A program made the position numbers and the translations under genes. A stretch of DNA of 63,698 nt, counting the filler, from Nemertoderma westbladi (lineage: Eukaryota; Animalia; Xenacoelomorpha), in the NCBI GenBank assembly GCA_032718475.1. It is 3 parts of 3 records of this genome, joined end to end, with 100 filler letters (N's around TTAATTAATTAA, not from the genome) between each part and the next. Parts side by side here need not be neighbours in the genome. Positions count along the whole stretch, not along the records: positions 48,981 to 63,698 come from JAUCBJ010001102.1; 2 more parts are not named here. One strand, written 5' to 3'. The notes under the pieces are model-generated. The model saw only the letters and a program-made list of their open reading frames with translations, was not told the origin of the DNA and did not search any database. This document shows, piece after piece, positions 51,501 to 63,686 of this stretch. Numbering within the stretch: the first letter of the stretch is position 1; the number at the start of each line of letters is the position of its first letter.

Positions 51501-52372
51501 TAGAATGCTTGACCCCGTGTGCGAGTTCAAACCACGTCTTCCTCTGCGTCGCATTTGTGGGTACATTGAGATATAGTTTTTCGGGTGTGCGTACTGTACA
51601 GACGTACTGTGGCATTCAGGAACAAAGCGCCATCTACCAGGTTCAGTTTGCAACGCCGCCATTATCGGTATCGCCTCGCCAGCCGAAACCATTTATGGAG
51701 TCCCCGCCCCCCGTTAGTGCGTAGTGCAGTAAGCCTAGTCCAGTAGTCTACTTGAATATTAAAAATTATAAATGAATACCAGTGTTGCAATACTACTGTG
51801 CTTCAATACTGCAGACAGCGACATGCTGATATGCAGGATGAGATCTGAGTGCATCAATCATCCCGGCCTGCCAGTCGTATATGTCAGTCAGGCGCGGATC
51901 CACAATAGGGACGCGTGGCGCAGCGCACCATAGATTTTTTGGGAAAGAAAATAAAAAGAGTACAAATTATAAAAAATACATTTTTTTTAGATTTACTATT
52001 GATACAGTAGTTACGATAAAACATACAAGGGCGAAGGGCCGTCATGTCATCACGGCCTTCGGTAACCCCAAGTGGAATCCACATTCACAACTTCCATCTC
52101 CATACCATCATCCCCAATATAAAATCGCTGTAAACCTTCCCAAGGGCGCGGCGCTCCATGTAGGCGGGAGGGGGGGTATCACCTTGGCGTAATTGATCAG
52201 TAGTATGGCTTTATGGGCTGGCTATACATTGTCGGAACAGTATGCATGGCCTGGGTTTACCTGAACTGAAAGACCACTACAACCTATGTAATGGTAAAGC
52301 ATCAACCATGGGGCTATTTGTAAAGTATATTGCTGTTATATTAGGTGGGTCGGGTCTATGCAAGCCAAACCA

Positions 52373-52572
52373 ATTATCTTTGAGTACCAACTACTAACTA
52401 CGTACTGGTACTACTGGGAGGGAATTCTTTGAAGTTTACCGTGTCTAGACACGGTAAACTTCAAAGAATTCCCTCCCAGTAGTACCAGTGTGTCTAGACA
52501 CGGTAAACTTCAAAGAATTCCCTCCCAGTAGTACCAGTATGTAAGTAGCTAGTAGATGGTTCTCAAAGATAA
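52373..52572. repeat. Foldback element with a perfect 86-bp palindrome (52404-52489) and a duplicated arm
   Basis: actggtactactgggagggaattctttgaagtttaccgtgtct|agacacgg...ccagt. Outer arms attatctttgag / ctcaaagataat. Confidence 0.92.
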
Positions 52573-52990
52573 TTTGGACATTAAAGCTTTAATGTCCAAA
52601 CCTCAATAATACATATTATCATAGGAGCGAATGAGGCTCAGGCTGCAAACCCTCCAGAGATTGGCTAAATGTATGGTCATATATCTAAGGCGCTACATTG
52701 GTAGCAACCACCTTGGCATTCATACACATGTGTTGCAGCCAGCCAAGCTCAGAACCACATTAATTGAACAGAAGAAAAGTTAAAACTTAAATCGATACAG
52801 ACCGCCCTAATTCAAATGTTTTATTCCAATGTTTTGTTAAACATTTTAAGTTTATTACTTTAATTTTTCTATTCTTATAAAAATGAAGCGCGCCCACGCC
52901 CAATCCAACCCCTTTAATTAGACTAGGTTAATATACGGTTGTTGTTATCACTCACAAATAGGCAATTATTAATAATTCTCTGAGATGAAA

Positions 52991-53580
52991 GGGTGATCTT
53001 CCACAGTAAACCCTTCTACTTCGTTTCCTAGGAATGCCTGTTCACCACCATGGGTGATCTTCCACAGTAAACCCTTTTACTCCGTTTCCTAAAGGAATGC
53101 CTGTTCACCACCATGGGAGATCTTCCACAGCAAACCCTTCTACTCCGTTTCCTAAAGGAATGCTTGTTCACCACCATGGGAGATCTTCCACAGTAAACCC
53201 TTCTACTCCGTTTCCTAAAGGAATGCCTGTTCACCACCATGGGTGATCTTCCACAGTAAACCCTTCTACTCCGTTTCCTAAAGGAATGCCTGTTCACCAC
53301 CATGGTTCATCTACCACAGTAAACCCATCCACTCTGTTTCCTAAAGGAATGCATATTGTTCACCACCATGGGTGATCTTCCACAGTAAACCCTTCCACTA
53401 TATTTCCCAAGTTACCTTGGTTCCCATTTACCGACTATCCCAAGGATGAAAGCCCCGGTTTTATTCTAGGCTGCAGCATTTAAGTCATCGTGCCAAAAAA
53501 GTGCTGCCCCTATCTAGGGATCGAACCAGGGCTTCCCTAATGGAAGCCCAGGAATGTCACCACTACGTAGACCAAGCTGC
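52991..53580 (-). mobile_element. tRNA-derived SINE whose tail has expanded into a 63-bp tandem array (52991-53398)
   Basis: Minus-strand head gcagcttggtctacgtagtgg...cttccat...ggttcgatccc (A/B boxes, Gly-TCC-like loop). Then gctttcatccttgggatagtcggtaaatggg, resembling conserved SINE central domains. Then six to seven 63-bp units. Confidence 0.7.
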
Positions 53581-54011
53581 TTATTAGTTATAGTAATTAG
53601 TTACTAATTATTATTTAATATATAGGCCCATGATTTGAAGAAATTATCATTATTTCATCTCCTAGAATTTATAACTGTCAATCCTTTAAATGTTCAATGA
53701 GTAAAATAAATATTTTAAAATTAAAAAAAATATTTTTAGTTATCGAAAATCATCAATAATCAATAGAAAATGTCAGATAATGATTGAAACATTTTATTAC
53801 TTTTGCATCAAAATTTTTATATTACAATCTAAATAAAAATCCGGGGTGTGAGTCCGTCCCCTTTACCCCCACCAGGGCAACAGGGGTTCTGCCCCCCGGA
53901 AACCGCTGGGGCAGCGCCCTCAGACCAAAATATTAACTTCACAAATTGTGCGCACCATATAGAAATTAAATTCCTGGATCCGCCCCTGATGTCAGTATAT
54001 GTTATGTATCG

Positions 54012-54286
54012 GGCTGTTAGGTAGCAGTAACAGGTACCGGTAATCTGGCTGTTAGGTAGCAGTAACAGGTACCGGTAATCTGGCTGTTAGGTAGCAGTAA
54101 CAGGTACCGGTAATCTGGCTGTTAGGAGCAGTAACAGGTACCGGTAATCTAGCTGTTAGGTAGCAGTAACAGGTACCGGTAATCTGGCTGTTAGGTAGCA
54201 GTAACAGGTACCGGTAATCTAGCTGTTAGGTAGCAGTAACAGGTACCGGTAATCTGGCTGTTAGGTAGCAGTAACAGGTACCGGTA
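54012..54286. repeat. 35-bp minisatellite (GGCTGTTAGGTAGCAGTAACAGGTACCGGTAATCT), about 8 copies
   Basis: Visible array with no spacers. Confidence 0.96.
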
Positions 54287-57111
54287 TCACCGTCTATCAC
54301 GTTTGCAAAATTGCAAAAAGTATTTTATCAATGTTCATGATCATGAATTTAAGTAATTCTTGTGTTAAATTACGCGCAAGACTCTCCACTTTCACTTGAT
54401 ATAAGCCACGTGTGAAATGATTGAGATTAAATGTGTATTTGAATGGATCTAAAATCACCCACCATAGAAACCAATGTAAGAAATTATCAGAGCACTTCGT
54501 AGTGACGTCAAATCTGTAGCAGCCAATCACAGCTGATTTTCAAAATTGGCTTCCCGCGCTTACTTAAACCCACCATTTCGACGGTTTCCTCGTGTTTTTA
54601 CAAAAACCACACCCCGCCACTCGATTCAGGGCTGTGACGGGATCCGAGTTGGCAAAGGATCCGGACCGGTGTGTGTTTCGAGTCGTATGGAATATACGCG
54701 TCGCCGCGTCTGCTTGGATATTGAAAGGCTGTCGAAGGGGCTGAAAGGCCGAAGGCCGTTATAATAACTGAGTTTATAGTTTGCGGTTATTGATAATATC
54801 AGATATATAAAGCACAATCAGAATAGTGTAATAATAGCAGTAACAACGACGACGGTTAAAAACCGTCTGACTTCTACACTCTACATAGCCAACTGAACCA
54901 CGATTAACAGAGTAACGGTTACATGGGAGATTACACATTCCTACCTATGTTTGACCTGCCAGTACATGCGCGCTAATTGATGGAAAGCCGCCCCGCTATT
55001 GGTTGATCTACTCCTTCGCCAATCCCTATTTTCCCCTGATGTGCTGGCATCTCTCTCTAGCTGGCAGTGTATATTGCCCCGTTGCCTTTAGTATGCAATA
55101 TTACATTAGTGATATTGCATATCTAATCGTGATTTGTAAATCACGACTTTCCCCATTCTCCGCTGGGTGGTGCAGCGAATTGGATCCGCTAACAAGGGCA
55201 CCTTGTTACCCCTTATTGGATAGTTATTTTTAGTTATATATTATACAGAACACACCCGAACACACTCCAAAAACTGCCGAACACAATCGAGCACAGACGA
55301 AAATAGAAAGAGCACAAAAAAATAACACCGGGTACCAACTTTTATTATTATCTGTGAGGGAGTGTGAGTGAGAGGAAAGCCAGCACGCTGCGCCACATCC
55401 TCCATTCTGCTCTGGTTATAAAGCAATCAAGGTGTCTATCTATCTGCAGTGCGCAAATTTAAATAATACAACAATCAATGGTTGATGACATATAGTCCTG
55501 AATACTCTATAAATGAGAATTATCTAACAATTTTCAAGCCCGTCGATTTAATACAATTATGATTTATAATTATTAATTTATAATTTTAATGTTCAGAATT
55601 AATAATCTAGACATAAGAATCGGCTATCTATTAGTATTTGTCCAATCGGTGGTTCATTATTTTAGGTGGGAATTTGAGACAGGGGGAGGGGGGATTTATT
55701 TATAAATTGAAACCTCACTCACCGAAAACACCAAGAACTAGTTTGTGTTTCGAAACGCAATGTGATATAGATTAGTAGAAAAATTTGGGTGGGGGGTGTG
55801 GGAGGGGGGAGGGGGGGGTGATGTCCGTGTCACCGGAAAATGACAATATTACGGGTGTAATGGTTGTTGGTTTGATAATTATTATTTTATTAGTTTTATT
55901 ATATAATCACATTATTGTTGTGTATATTATGGGCGTACTTAGACTTTGCCTGTCTGTTATATTGTTTGCACAGTAACGTTGCGCAGTTTCCCATAAGCCA
56001 TAAGCTCACCCATACACTACCTAATCTTACATTATTAACGTACAGACTGAATTACAGTTTCTACTCTACAGTTTCTACGAATATCTACTCTACCGGTGGA
56101 TATGGCGGATGTAGCACCGGTGAGGAATCTGCATACCGAATCACTCCAGAGGGAAAGAAGGTTTGCCTTATTGTCAACATCACTGAGTTTTATACTTCTG
56201 CAGATGCGCCGGCCACAGACCCAAAACAAAGTAGGCAGCAAAGATCAGGTACCGATGTGGAACACATAAAACGGGTATTTGGCAACGATCTGCGTTGTCA
56301 AATAATCGAGTTTGACACTATTATGACGGAGCTGAAGGCTCCATCCCGGCATGTGCCCGGAACAATAGATAGGGACAACCTTCGTAAAGGTTTACTACAC
56401 ATACGCGATGAGAAATTGGCGGACACGGAATGCCTGTTCGTCTTCGTTATGAGTCACGGAACAAAAGGTGTAATTTGCACCTCAACATTTGAGGAAACGG
56501 AACCTATTCGTAGCATTGCCGAGTTGTTCTCTAGCAGCTGTTTAGCCCTACGAGATCCCCCGAGACCCCGGGTATTATTCTTCGAAGCATGCCAGGAACA
56601 AAAGTCAAATGTAAAAACTGAAACGTTAATCCTAAGTGACACAATCTTTGATGATATGGCTCTTGTTTTGAGTGCTAGTACCGGACAAAATGCTCATGGT
56701 TATGATAGACAAGGAACCGCATTTGTTGTCCGCGTGTGCCAAACAATTAAAAATATCGTCAGCCGATCTGCGGCTAGCGATATTAGGATATTATTTCAAG
56801 AATTAACGAAGCGATCTTCTGTATATCAGGATAAGGAAGATGATATTCACTCTACCCATGTCGCCTTGGTCCGAACCCTTATTTATCCACTCTTTCTCGC
56901 TGATTTTATTAACCCGCCGCAGCCCCCTTTCGTTATTAAGTTACAGAAGAACCAGCACGAAATATCATCTCGTATTACTAATTTCAATGAAGTAGTTGTC
57001 GTGCTGAAAAGTAAATTCGTTATAAATGCAAACGAGGCGGAAGAAGTCAATAATCAAAAAACAACCATAGATAAAATGAATTTTCTAATTGATATTTTGA
57101 TAAAGAAGAAG

Positions 57112-58292
57112 TGTAAAAGCTTTTGCGTGATTAACCGGTTATTTTCCCCGTAAAGTACTCTGTAGTTGGTTTACCAGGCATAAAAAGGCCGTGTCCTTGC
57201 TGTACTGGTGTTTTAGAGGACATAAAAGTCATTTCTTCTGTATTTGTACTTTAGAGGACATAATCCGCAATCTCGTGACGCGATAAGCTAGATACTCTTG
57301 AAAACAGTGTCGCTACCATGACGACGGCTAACAGCTGATATTGCCACGTCGACATTTCTTTGTTTCTTTGTTCTCTCGTTGTTCGGTTGACCAATCAGAG
57401 CGTTTTTTGTCTCTGTGTTGGAGGTGGATACAGAAACTCAGTAGTTCAGTGTTATGTTTTTGCCCAGAGCCTAAGAACATCGGCTTTTGGCACCTCCGTA
57501 TATCAGCATTCTTTAGCTTTACATTAGTAGGCTTAATTATAGAACGTATATCTGTTATCTAACCTAACCATACCAATGCAAACGAGTTACCGAGTTAACT
57601 CACTCACTTAATAATCATTTATACCTTAACTTTACTGCTTTTACTGTCGGTTATTCATTATATTGGTTGATGAAATATTATATCGGAATACTGATCAATA
57701 ATCAGACACCCAACCTTCTTGATATACTAAAGGTTAGAGAGACCGGTTACAGATAAACGATTGCGACCTATGTTAAGTGGTTTGAAGTGAATCTAATGCT
57801 ATTTCATATGCCCGACATAAATTGTATGTTGCTCTCTTTATACGTGACCAAATTTAGTGAAGGTCGGCAGATTAGTGTGCAGTATTGTGCAGCATTGTGT
57901 ATGAGTGTAACTGATAACAAAGCATCTCCTAAAGAATGCGCCATATACGTGAATCTATAGCCTTTTCGTTGTGTCTAGTTTAAGTCATAACTCTGTTTAC
58001 ATATTTAGAGCGCCACGTCCTAAAGGAACTGTTAATATTTCCCGAAAGTGAATAATATTTGTCAGAGATTATATATTACGATCAGTCGAATAATACGGTA
58101 GGCTTACACCATCAATCATTAAGCTCCGAATTCAGTCTCCCGGGTATATCCAGCGGGTGAATGATTGCGCATAGACTGGCTTCGGCTAATGTAGTGTATC
58201 AAATACTCGTCATAGGCTAAAGACTATCTATCATCTAAAAGACATTCTAATTTTGGCAGGTTAAACTGTCAAAGGTCTTAAAAGCGCAAACA
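57112..58292 (+). mobile_element. Solo LTR (1181 bp) of the BEL family with 5-bp TSD AGAAG
   Basis: TG...CA ends. AGAAG at 57107-57111 and 58293-58297. Homologous to 6934-8178. Excision restores the caspase reading frame. Confidence 0.93.
58005..58292 (+). ncRNA. Conserved structured RNA at the 3' (U5) end of the LTR, copy 2
   Basis: Helices CCGAA/TTCGG, CAGTCT/AGACTG, TTTGGCAG/CTGTCAAA and AAGAC/GTCTT, plus pseudoknot TTGCGC/GCGCAA; several covary with copy 1. Confidence 0.7.
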
Positions 58293-59655
58293 AGAAGAGC
58301 TACGACTTCTTTCTACATTTCATCTCTGCGTTGAAAATCGCAAACCAGAGTTACCTTGCCGAGCTTTTAGAATAAATCTTACGAAGAAATTGTAATTTTC
58401 ATCAACTCTCTGATGAAAGACACTAATGTGGAACACAGATAACCTAGATCGGTTGCTGAAGATTTAAATGGAAAGTTTTCTCAATAAGTGCGGACAATAC
58501 CAATTTCCTAATTAATCATATAGAAATGTCAGATAGGGGGGAAACTGGACGCAATGAAATGTCATCCCTCTCCAGGGGAAATTCGACGCAAATAACAGAT
58601 GATTACTCTCAAAAATAAAACTGTAAGCTGTTCTACTGTGTTTAGTTTATTGTTTTGGTTAAAATAACGTGTCACTGTAACCTGCTCCTTTCCCTAAATT
58701 AAGAATTTAACATTGAGGCGGGATATTAATTCGCCAAGGCGGGTTTTGCGTCCAGTCCCCCCCCCCCCCCCCCCCCCCCTGTCTCAGAAATGTACTATGT
58801 TGTACAATCTTAGGAATTGTTTATTTTGTTTGTAAGACTTGATAATTATACAATATTGTTGAGAAGAGGAATAATTATTTATTGCATGGGAAAAAAGTAG
58901 GATTTTTTTTCACTATGCGAGAGATATAGATTAGAGAACATAAATAAAGATCAAGATAGTCAATAAAGATTTGAAAGCCTACGTTTTTTGGAAAATTGAA
59001 GATGCTGGTGATACTAAATATTCATGTACAAGTATTTGTAAAAAATTAGGAAATGATTCCTTATTTGCAGCCAACCAACGTAAAACGCTCTTCTCGTCCC
59101 GTTTAGTTGGGATAATTGACATATACTTACTTATCTACTTCTGAATTCATAATATTAATAAATTCAAATTCCTTATCATGACCTTGCTGTGTTGCTGATC
59201 ATGATCCAGCACGTTATCTATCAATGTAGGACCTAACGCCCAAAGGACCAAAAGACGTGGTGTGGTACTCTCCCTCCCTCCAGTTCTGTTCATGCATAAA
59301 GGTACCGTATAGCTGATTCAAGGAAAAAAAAAGTGGTGATATATAAAAAATCCGGCTTTGGCCAGAATTCCGGCCGGATTTTTTATACAAATCCTGCTCC
59401 GGCCTGGCCGGTTTGAAAATAGTCAATCCGGCACATCCCTACTGCAGATGAAGGCGGTTCTAATGGTATTTAGATTACATTCCAAAGACTAAAAATAAAC
59501 CAACACAGTTGGTTAAATATTTTAAATAAATAACACAGATTGCTAAATAGGCATTTATTTAACGGCTTTATGTATCTAAATAATTTTAAAATTAGATAAT
59601 CTGGCCATGCCAACAGTAAGAAAAGTTATCGAACTAGGTACGTATTTCCAAATAC

Positions 59656-61547
59656 TAGTGCTGCGAACTGAATCAATATTTGACTAGTTTCAGTTTCAGT
59701 TCGAATAAACCTATTTATTTCAGTTCCAGTTTCCAAAAAAAAAATAGTTTCAGTTTCAGTTCTAGTTTCAGTTTGAATGAAGCTGTTTATTTAAGTTCCA
59801 GTTTCAGTTCCAGTTCCGGAAAAAAAATAGTTTCAGTTTCAATTCAAGTTTCATAACAATAATAAGTAATAAGAAGGCCTACCGCTGTCATCCTATGGCA
59901 ACCACAATACTGTATATATATTCAATATTGACCAATAATGGGAAGGATTAAATTTGTACTCAATAATTGTGCCGCTTTAATTACGTTTAGATCAATTAAA
60001 GACACATTTATTAAAGCAAATCACTTGAACTAATTAAAAACTATAATGGAATGTTGTATGGGGATTACAGCTGTATAACTTTTAAGTATAATTATTTAAA
60101 TCTTAAACTAGAAAATAATTAATATCCTTTAAGGAGGCAGGTTGAAATTGATGTTTTTACCCTAATCAACTTAATTAACTAATTAACTGCTATTATCTTA
60201 GCTTCTCGAAGGCCACGCGAAAATTCAACTTGGAAAATTTCTAAACTTTGGCCTGACTATATGTGTACCAAGTTTGGTTAAATTTCATTAACATTTGGCT
60301 GAGTTATTAACGTTCAAAATTGGACACGACAGAACAACAGATCGACAGATCAACAGACACACCGATTGAGTTAGTGGTACCTGTATGCTAAACTCGCTTA
60401 CTTTCGTCGCTCGCCCCACAAGGAATATATCGGGGGTGGATGTGCACGGTAGGCCTAATTCAGTCTTCTGGTGCAGGGCCTACTTGCCAGTAAGTAACTT
60501 TGTATAAGGAGAGTTGACATTATTAGAATCGTTCTAGCTAAAACAACGTACCAGTGCTGCAGTAGAGTAGCTTGGTTCTTTCAACATTTTTTTTTACTTA
60601 ATTATTACTAAGTGTTAGTAGTAGTTTGTTGTATATTGAATTCTGAGCTGAAATGTTTAGGTTGGGTTATCTGTCGATTATGACATACATCGCGATACAT
60701 GTTGACGATATTCATCATAGAATTAATGTAGAAGTAAACTACTTTTTATTCCACCCTGAAATTGTTTGTTTGGCAAATTGGCATCCTACTGAATGTACTA
60801 GTCTGGCTTCCTTCGCCTTGCGTTCATAAATAAAATAATAATACAATGAGTCGGCCTACACAGTACATATACAGTACAAATTATTTGCATCGTTTGCACT
60901 GGCTTAATATATTTCCATTTCTCCGCAATGACTTCAACTAGCCAAGCCTGCACAACCGGCAGAAAGCAGACATCAGCCATTCGTTTATTCTACAAGAGGG
61001 AAGGTGACGTTTTTATTGTAATTATGTAAATGATGATGATCAACAGTGTGAGTTTCAGTCAAAGTGTGCCAACGGTCCAAGTAATTTAAAAAAACATTTA
61101 GAGAGGCGTCACCCAATACTATACGAAAGATTTAAATCGGCCGAGAAAGACATACTGTAATAAGTATAAAAGAAGCAGGGTAAAAAAAATCCAAACAACC
61201 GTAAAGAAGGCAAAAGTTTCAACTGGAGAAGGAGAATCTCTTGAGCCCATGTAGTTTCCAAATCAACAAAAACTTGTTTTGATATAGGCCTAAGTGACAT
61301 TTCTTTTTTTTTTATTTCCTGGGGGGGGGGGGGGGGGCAATATTGTAATTTATGTTTACATTTATTTTCAATTTATTACTTCCAGTTTTCAATTTTCAGG
61401 AATTCAGTTCTAGTTCCAGTTCCAGTATTTCAATATATCACGTTTCAGTTCTAGTTTCAGTTTAAAAAAAATTAAAGTTTCAGTTCCAGTTCAGAAAAAA
61501 TGCCAAAAACAATTTCAGTTCGATTTCAGTTTCAGTTCGCAGCACTA
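59656..61547 (+). mobile_element. Internally deleted hAT transposon with zf-BED remnant and 8-bp TSD CCAAATAC
   Basis: TIRs TAGTGCTGCGAACTGAA / TTCAGTTCGCAGCACTA. TSD at 59648-59655 and 61548-61555. TTTCAG subterminal repeats. MTSTSQACTTGRKQTSAIRLFY then frameshifted YCNY...QCEF...SNLKKHLERRHP from 60928. Confidence 0.9.
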
Positions 61548-62039
61548 CCAAATACCAAATATTTCCATACCAAATTAATTGGTTAAAATGGTTATGGTAT
61601 TTCCATACCATAACCAAGTATTTCCATACCAAATTTCGTAGCATTTTATTTAAATTTGAAAACAATAATTAGTAGAGGGAATGGGGTCTCCAACTTGCTA
61701 AAAATGGTTGCTGTATTAAGGGAGATGGTGTATGCATAACAAATAGGGTAAGATAATTTAACTATTATGTATGTTTAGTATTTTAATACTTATAACTAAT
61801 AATTATAATATTGAGGGTTACGACCCGGGTAGGCCCATTATGCCGTTATACCCTTAAATTTAATATTGATATTGTAGTTTGTATAAGAATGAAAAAATAA
61901 TTAACTATTTACATCATTGTGTGCAAAGTGGCCCATTGCAGCGTTACGACCCGAGTTAATTTATGTACCGAGCGAGCGCAGCGAGAGAGGTTATATTGAC
62001 ATATTCACAATATATGCATTGGATGATATATTGTGACAC

Positions 62040-62800
62040 ACTCAGGTACTCTCACCAGATAGTGAAACTGAGTTCTTCTCAATCCTGGCTGGGGTACTGC
62101 AAGGTGACACATTGGCGCCATTACTATTTGTAATTGTGCTGGATTATGCAATGAGGACGGCCACAAAGGGTGAAGTTCTGGGATTCACACCTCAAGAACG
62201 CAGAAGTAGTAGATATCCGGAAACAACAGTCACAGACACCGACTTTGCGGATGACATCGCCCTGCTCTCTAATACCCTAGCAGATGCACAGCTTCTACTA
62301 AATAAAGTGGAGATGGATGCTAAGGAGGTTGGATTGCATATAAATGCTACCAAGACCGAATTCATGACCTTTAATGTTGATGGGAACTTGACAACAATTG
62401 ATAATAATCAACTAAGGAAGGTCGATGACTTCCAGTACCTTGGATCATGGATAGAGAGTAGCAAAAAGGACATAGAAGTTAGGAAAGCAAAGGCTTGGGT
62501 AGCTCTATCAAAAATGGATACCATCTGGAAATCAGATCTCTCCAGGCACCTGAGTTCTTTCCTAAGTTCTTTCGAGCCACATTGGAAAGTGTACTTTTAT
62601 ACGGGGGTGAGACCTGGACACTGACTAAATCACTTGAACAACGAATTGATGGTTGTTTGCTACACAAGACTACTAAGGGCAGCCCTAAACATCAGCTGGA
62701 GACAACACATGACAAACGCCGAGCTTTATGGTACAATACCACCTGTATCAACCACCCTCCGTGAACGCAGATTAAGATTCAGTGGGAACTGTGGGGAAGT
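62040..62800 (+). mobile_element. RTE-clade LINE RT fragment, same family as 39342-40014, frameshifted
   Basis: GVLQGDTLAPLLFVIVLDYAMR, DTDFADDIALLS and FQYLGS; DNA nearly identical to the other copy. Confidence 0.92.
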
Positions 62801-63128
62801 AAACATGATGTCATACCCTCCCAACGTAGTAGACCCCGCTTACACGATCAATTTCGGTATGTTGCTACAACTGGAAGTAGCACAAACAACCCGCGTTACA
62901 TGTTTATTCAAAGTCCTGTTAAAAATTTTAAATTACATATGTAATTTTATTATTAAATAATGATGCGCACAATATTGCAAGGATTAAAGGAAATTATAAT
63001 AATAATACCCAGCACTAACTATATAATTCGTAGTATATTAATTAATTCTTAGCTTGGGAATATTAACAAATAAATACTACTTTTTTATTTAACTATTTAA
63101 ATTTTACTATTTAGTTATATTACATATT

Positions 63129-63686
63129 TTATGATTTCGGCGTGACAATAGATAATGAAGGAATCGACGACGTATTAACTGATTTAATTGATGAACCCAA
63201 ACTGGATGGAAGAATCAATGGATATGGAGGGTTGGGAGCGATGGCGATGTTGGTAGCAGCAGGTAGTTGCGAGGAATTAATTGGCAGGCTAAAAACTCCA
63301 CAATTCAAAATTCCTTGAACCTGGGGCAACTGAGTTCTAAAGGAATGTTTAATACCCCCCAGATTCGTGAGGGATAAAGAATTTATACAAAAACTTCCAG
63401 AACCGCCCTGATTGGTTGAATGAGTTTCATATGAAACGCCAACACTACTCTGATTGGTTAACGTAGTTCTATATAAACTGCCAACATCTCTCTCATTGGT
63501 TAAAGATGTTATTGGGGAATTGCCATCGCCTCGTTCATTGGTTAGCCCTCGAGTAATATTCATGAGTTCGGGCTGATTATAGATTGGTTGCATTTGCGTC
63601 ACTATGGGAACAGGGACACTCGTTGCTGCTGCACTAAGGGTTGGCATGGCTAGGAGTAGCAATGGGTCGAAAAAACGTCTCCCCAT
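63129..63686 (-). CDS. Possible low-complexity ORF or exon (185 aa) with LTNE/LTNQ repeats
   Basis: Open frame in an AT-rich background; no recognisable domain; at the window edge. Confidence 0.3.
   Translation of the reverse strand: MGRRFFDPLLLLAMPTLSAAATSVPVPIVTQMQPIYNQPELMNITRGLTNERGDGNSPITSLTNERDVGSLYRTTLTNQSSVGVSYETHSTNQGGSGSFCINSLSLTNLGGIKHSFRTQLPQVQGILNCGVFSLPINSSQLPAATNIAIAPNPPYPLILPSSLGSSIKSVNTSSIPSLSIVTPKS

Larger units (their letters stand above)
55915..58375 (+). pseudogene. Caspase (peptidase C14) with a C-terminal CARD-like domain, interrupted by a solo LTR; 5' start uncertain
   Basis: CLIVNITEF, RSGTDVE, FVFVMSHG (catalytic His), PRVLFFEACQ (catalytic Cys) and a p10-like DMALVLSAS...GTAFV. 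Removing 57112-58297 restores ...FLIDILIKKK-SYDFFLHFISALKIANQSYLAELLE* (stop 58373-58375). Confidence 0.88.

Noticed and set aside
53500-53580. Functional tRNA-Gly gene
   Set aside because: Acceptor and D stems do not pair properly, and it continues into a SINE-like body.
54012-54286. 35-bp repeats as a CRISPR array
   Set aside because: No spacers; simple minisatellite.
57098-57111. Purine run before the LTR as a PPT, implying the caspase was captured by the element
   Set aside because: The AGAAG TSD and in-frame continuation of the CARD after the LTR show a solo-LTR insertion into the gene.
58176-58192. GGCTTCGGCTAATG as an HDV-ribozyme P4/J4-2 or UUCG tetraloop
   Set aside because: TTCGG pairs better with conserved upstream CCGAA in both copies, and I could not build the HDV nested double pseudoknot.
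58409-58440. CTGATGA as a hammerhead core
   Set aside because: No stem II followed by GAAA, and no stems I/III found.
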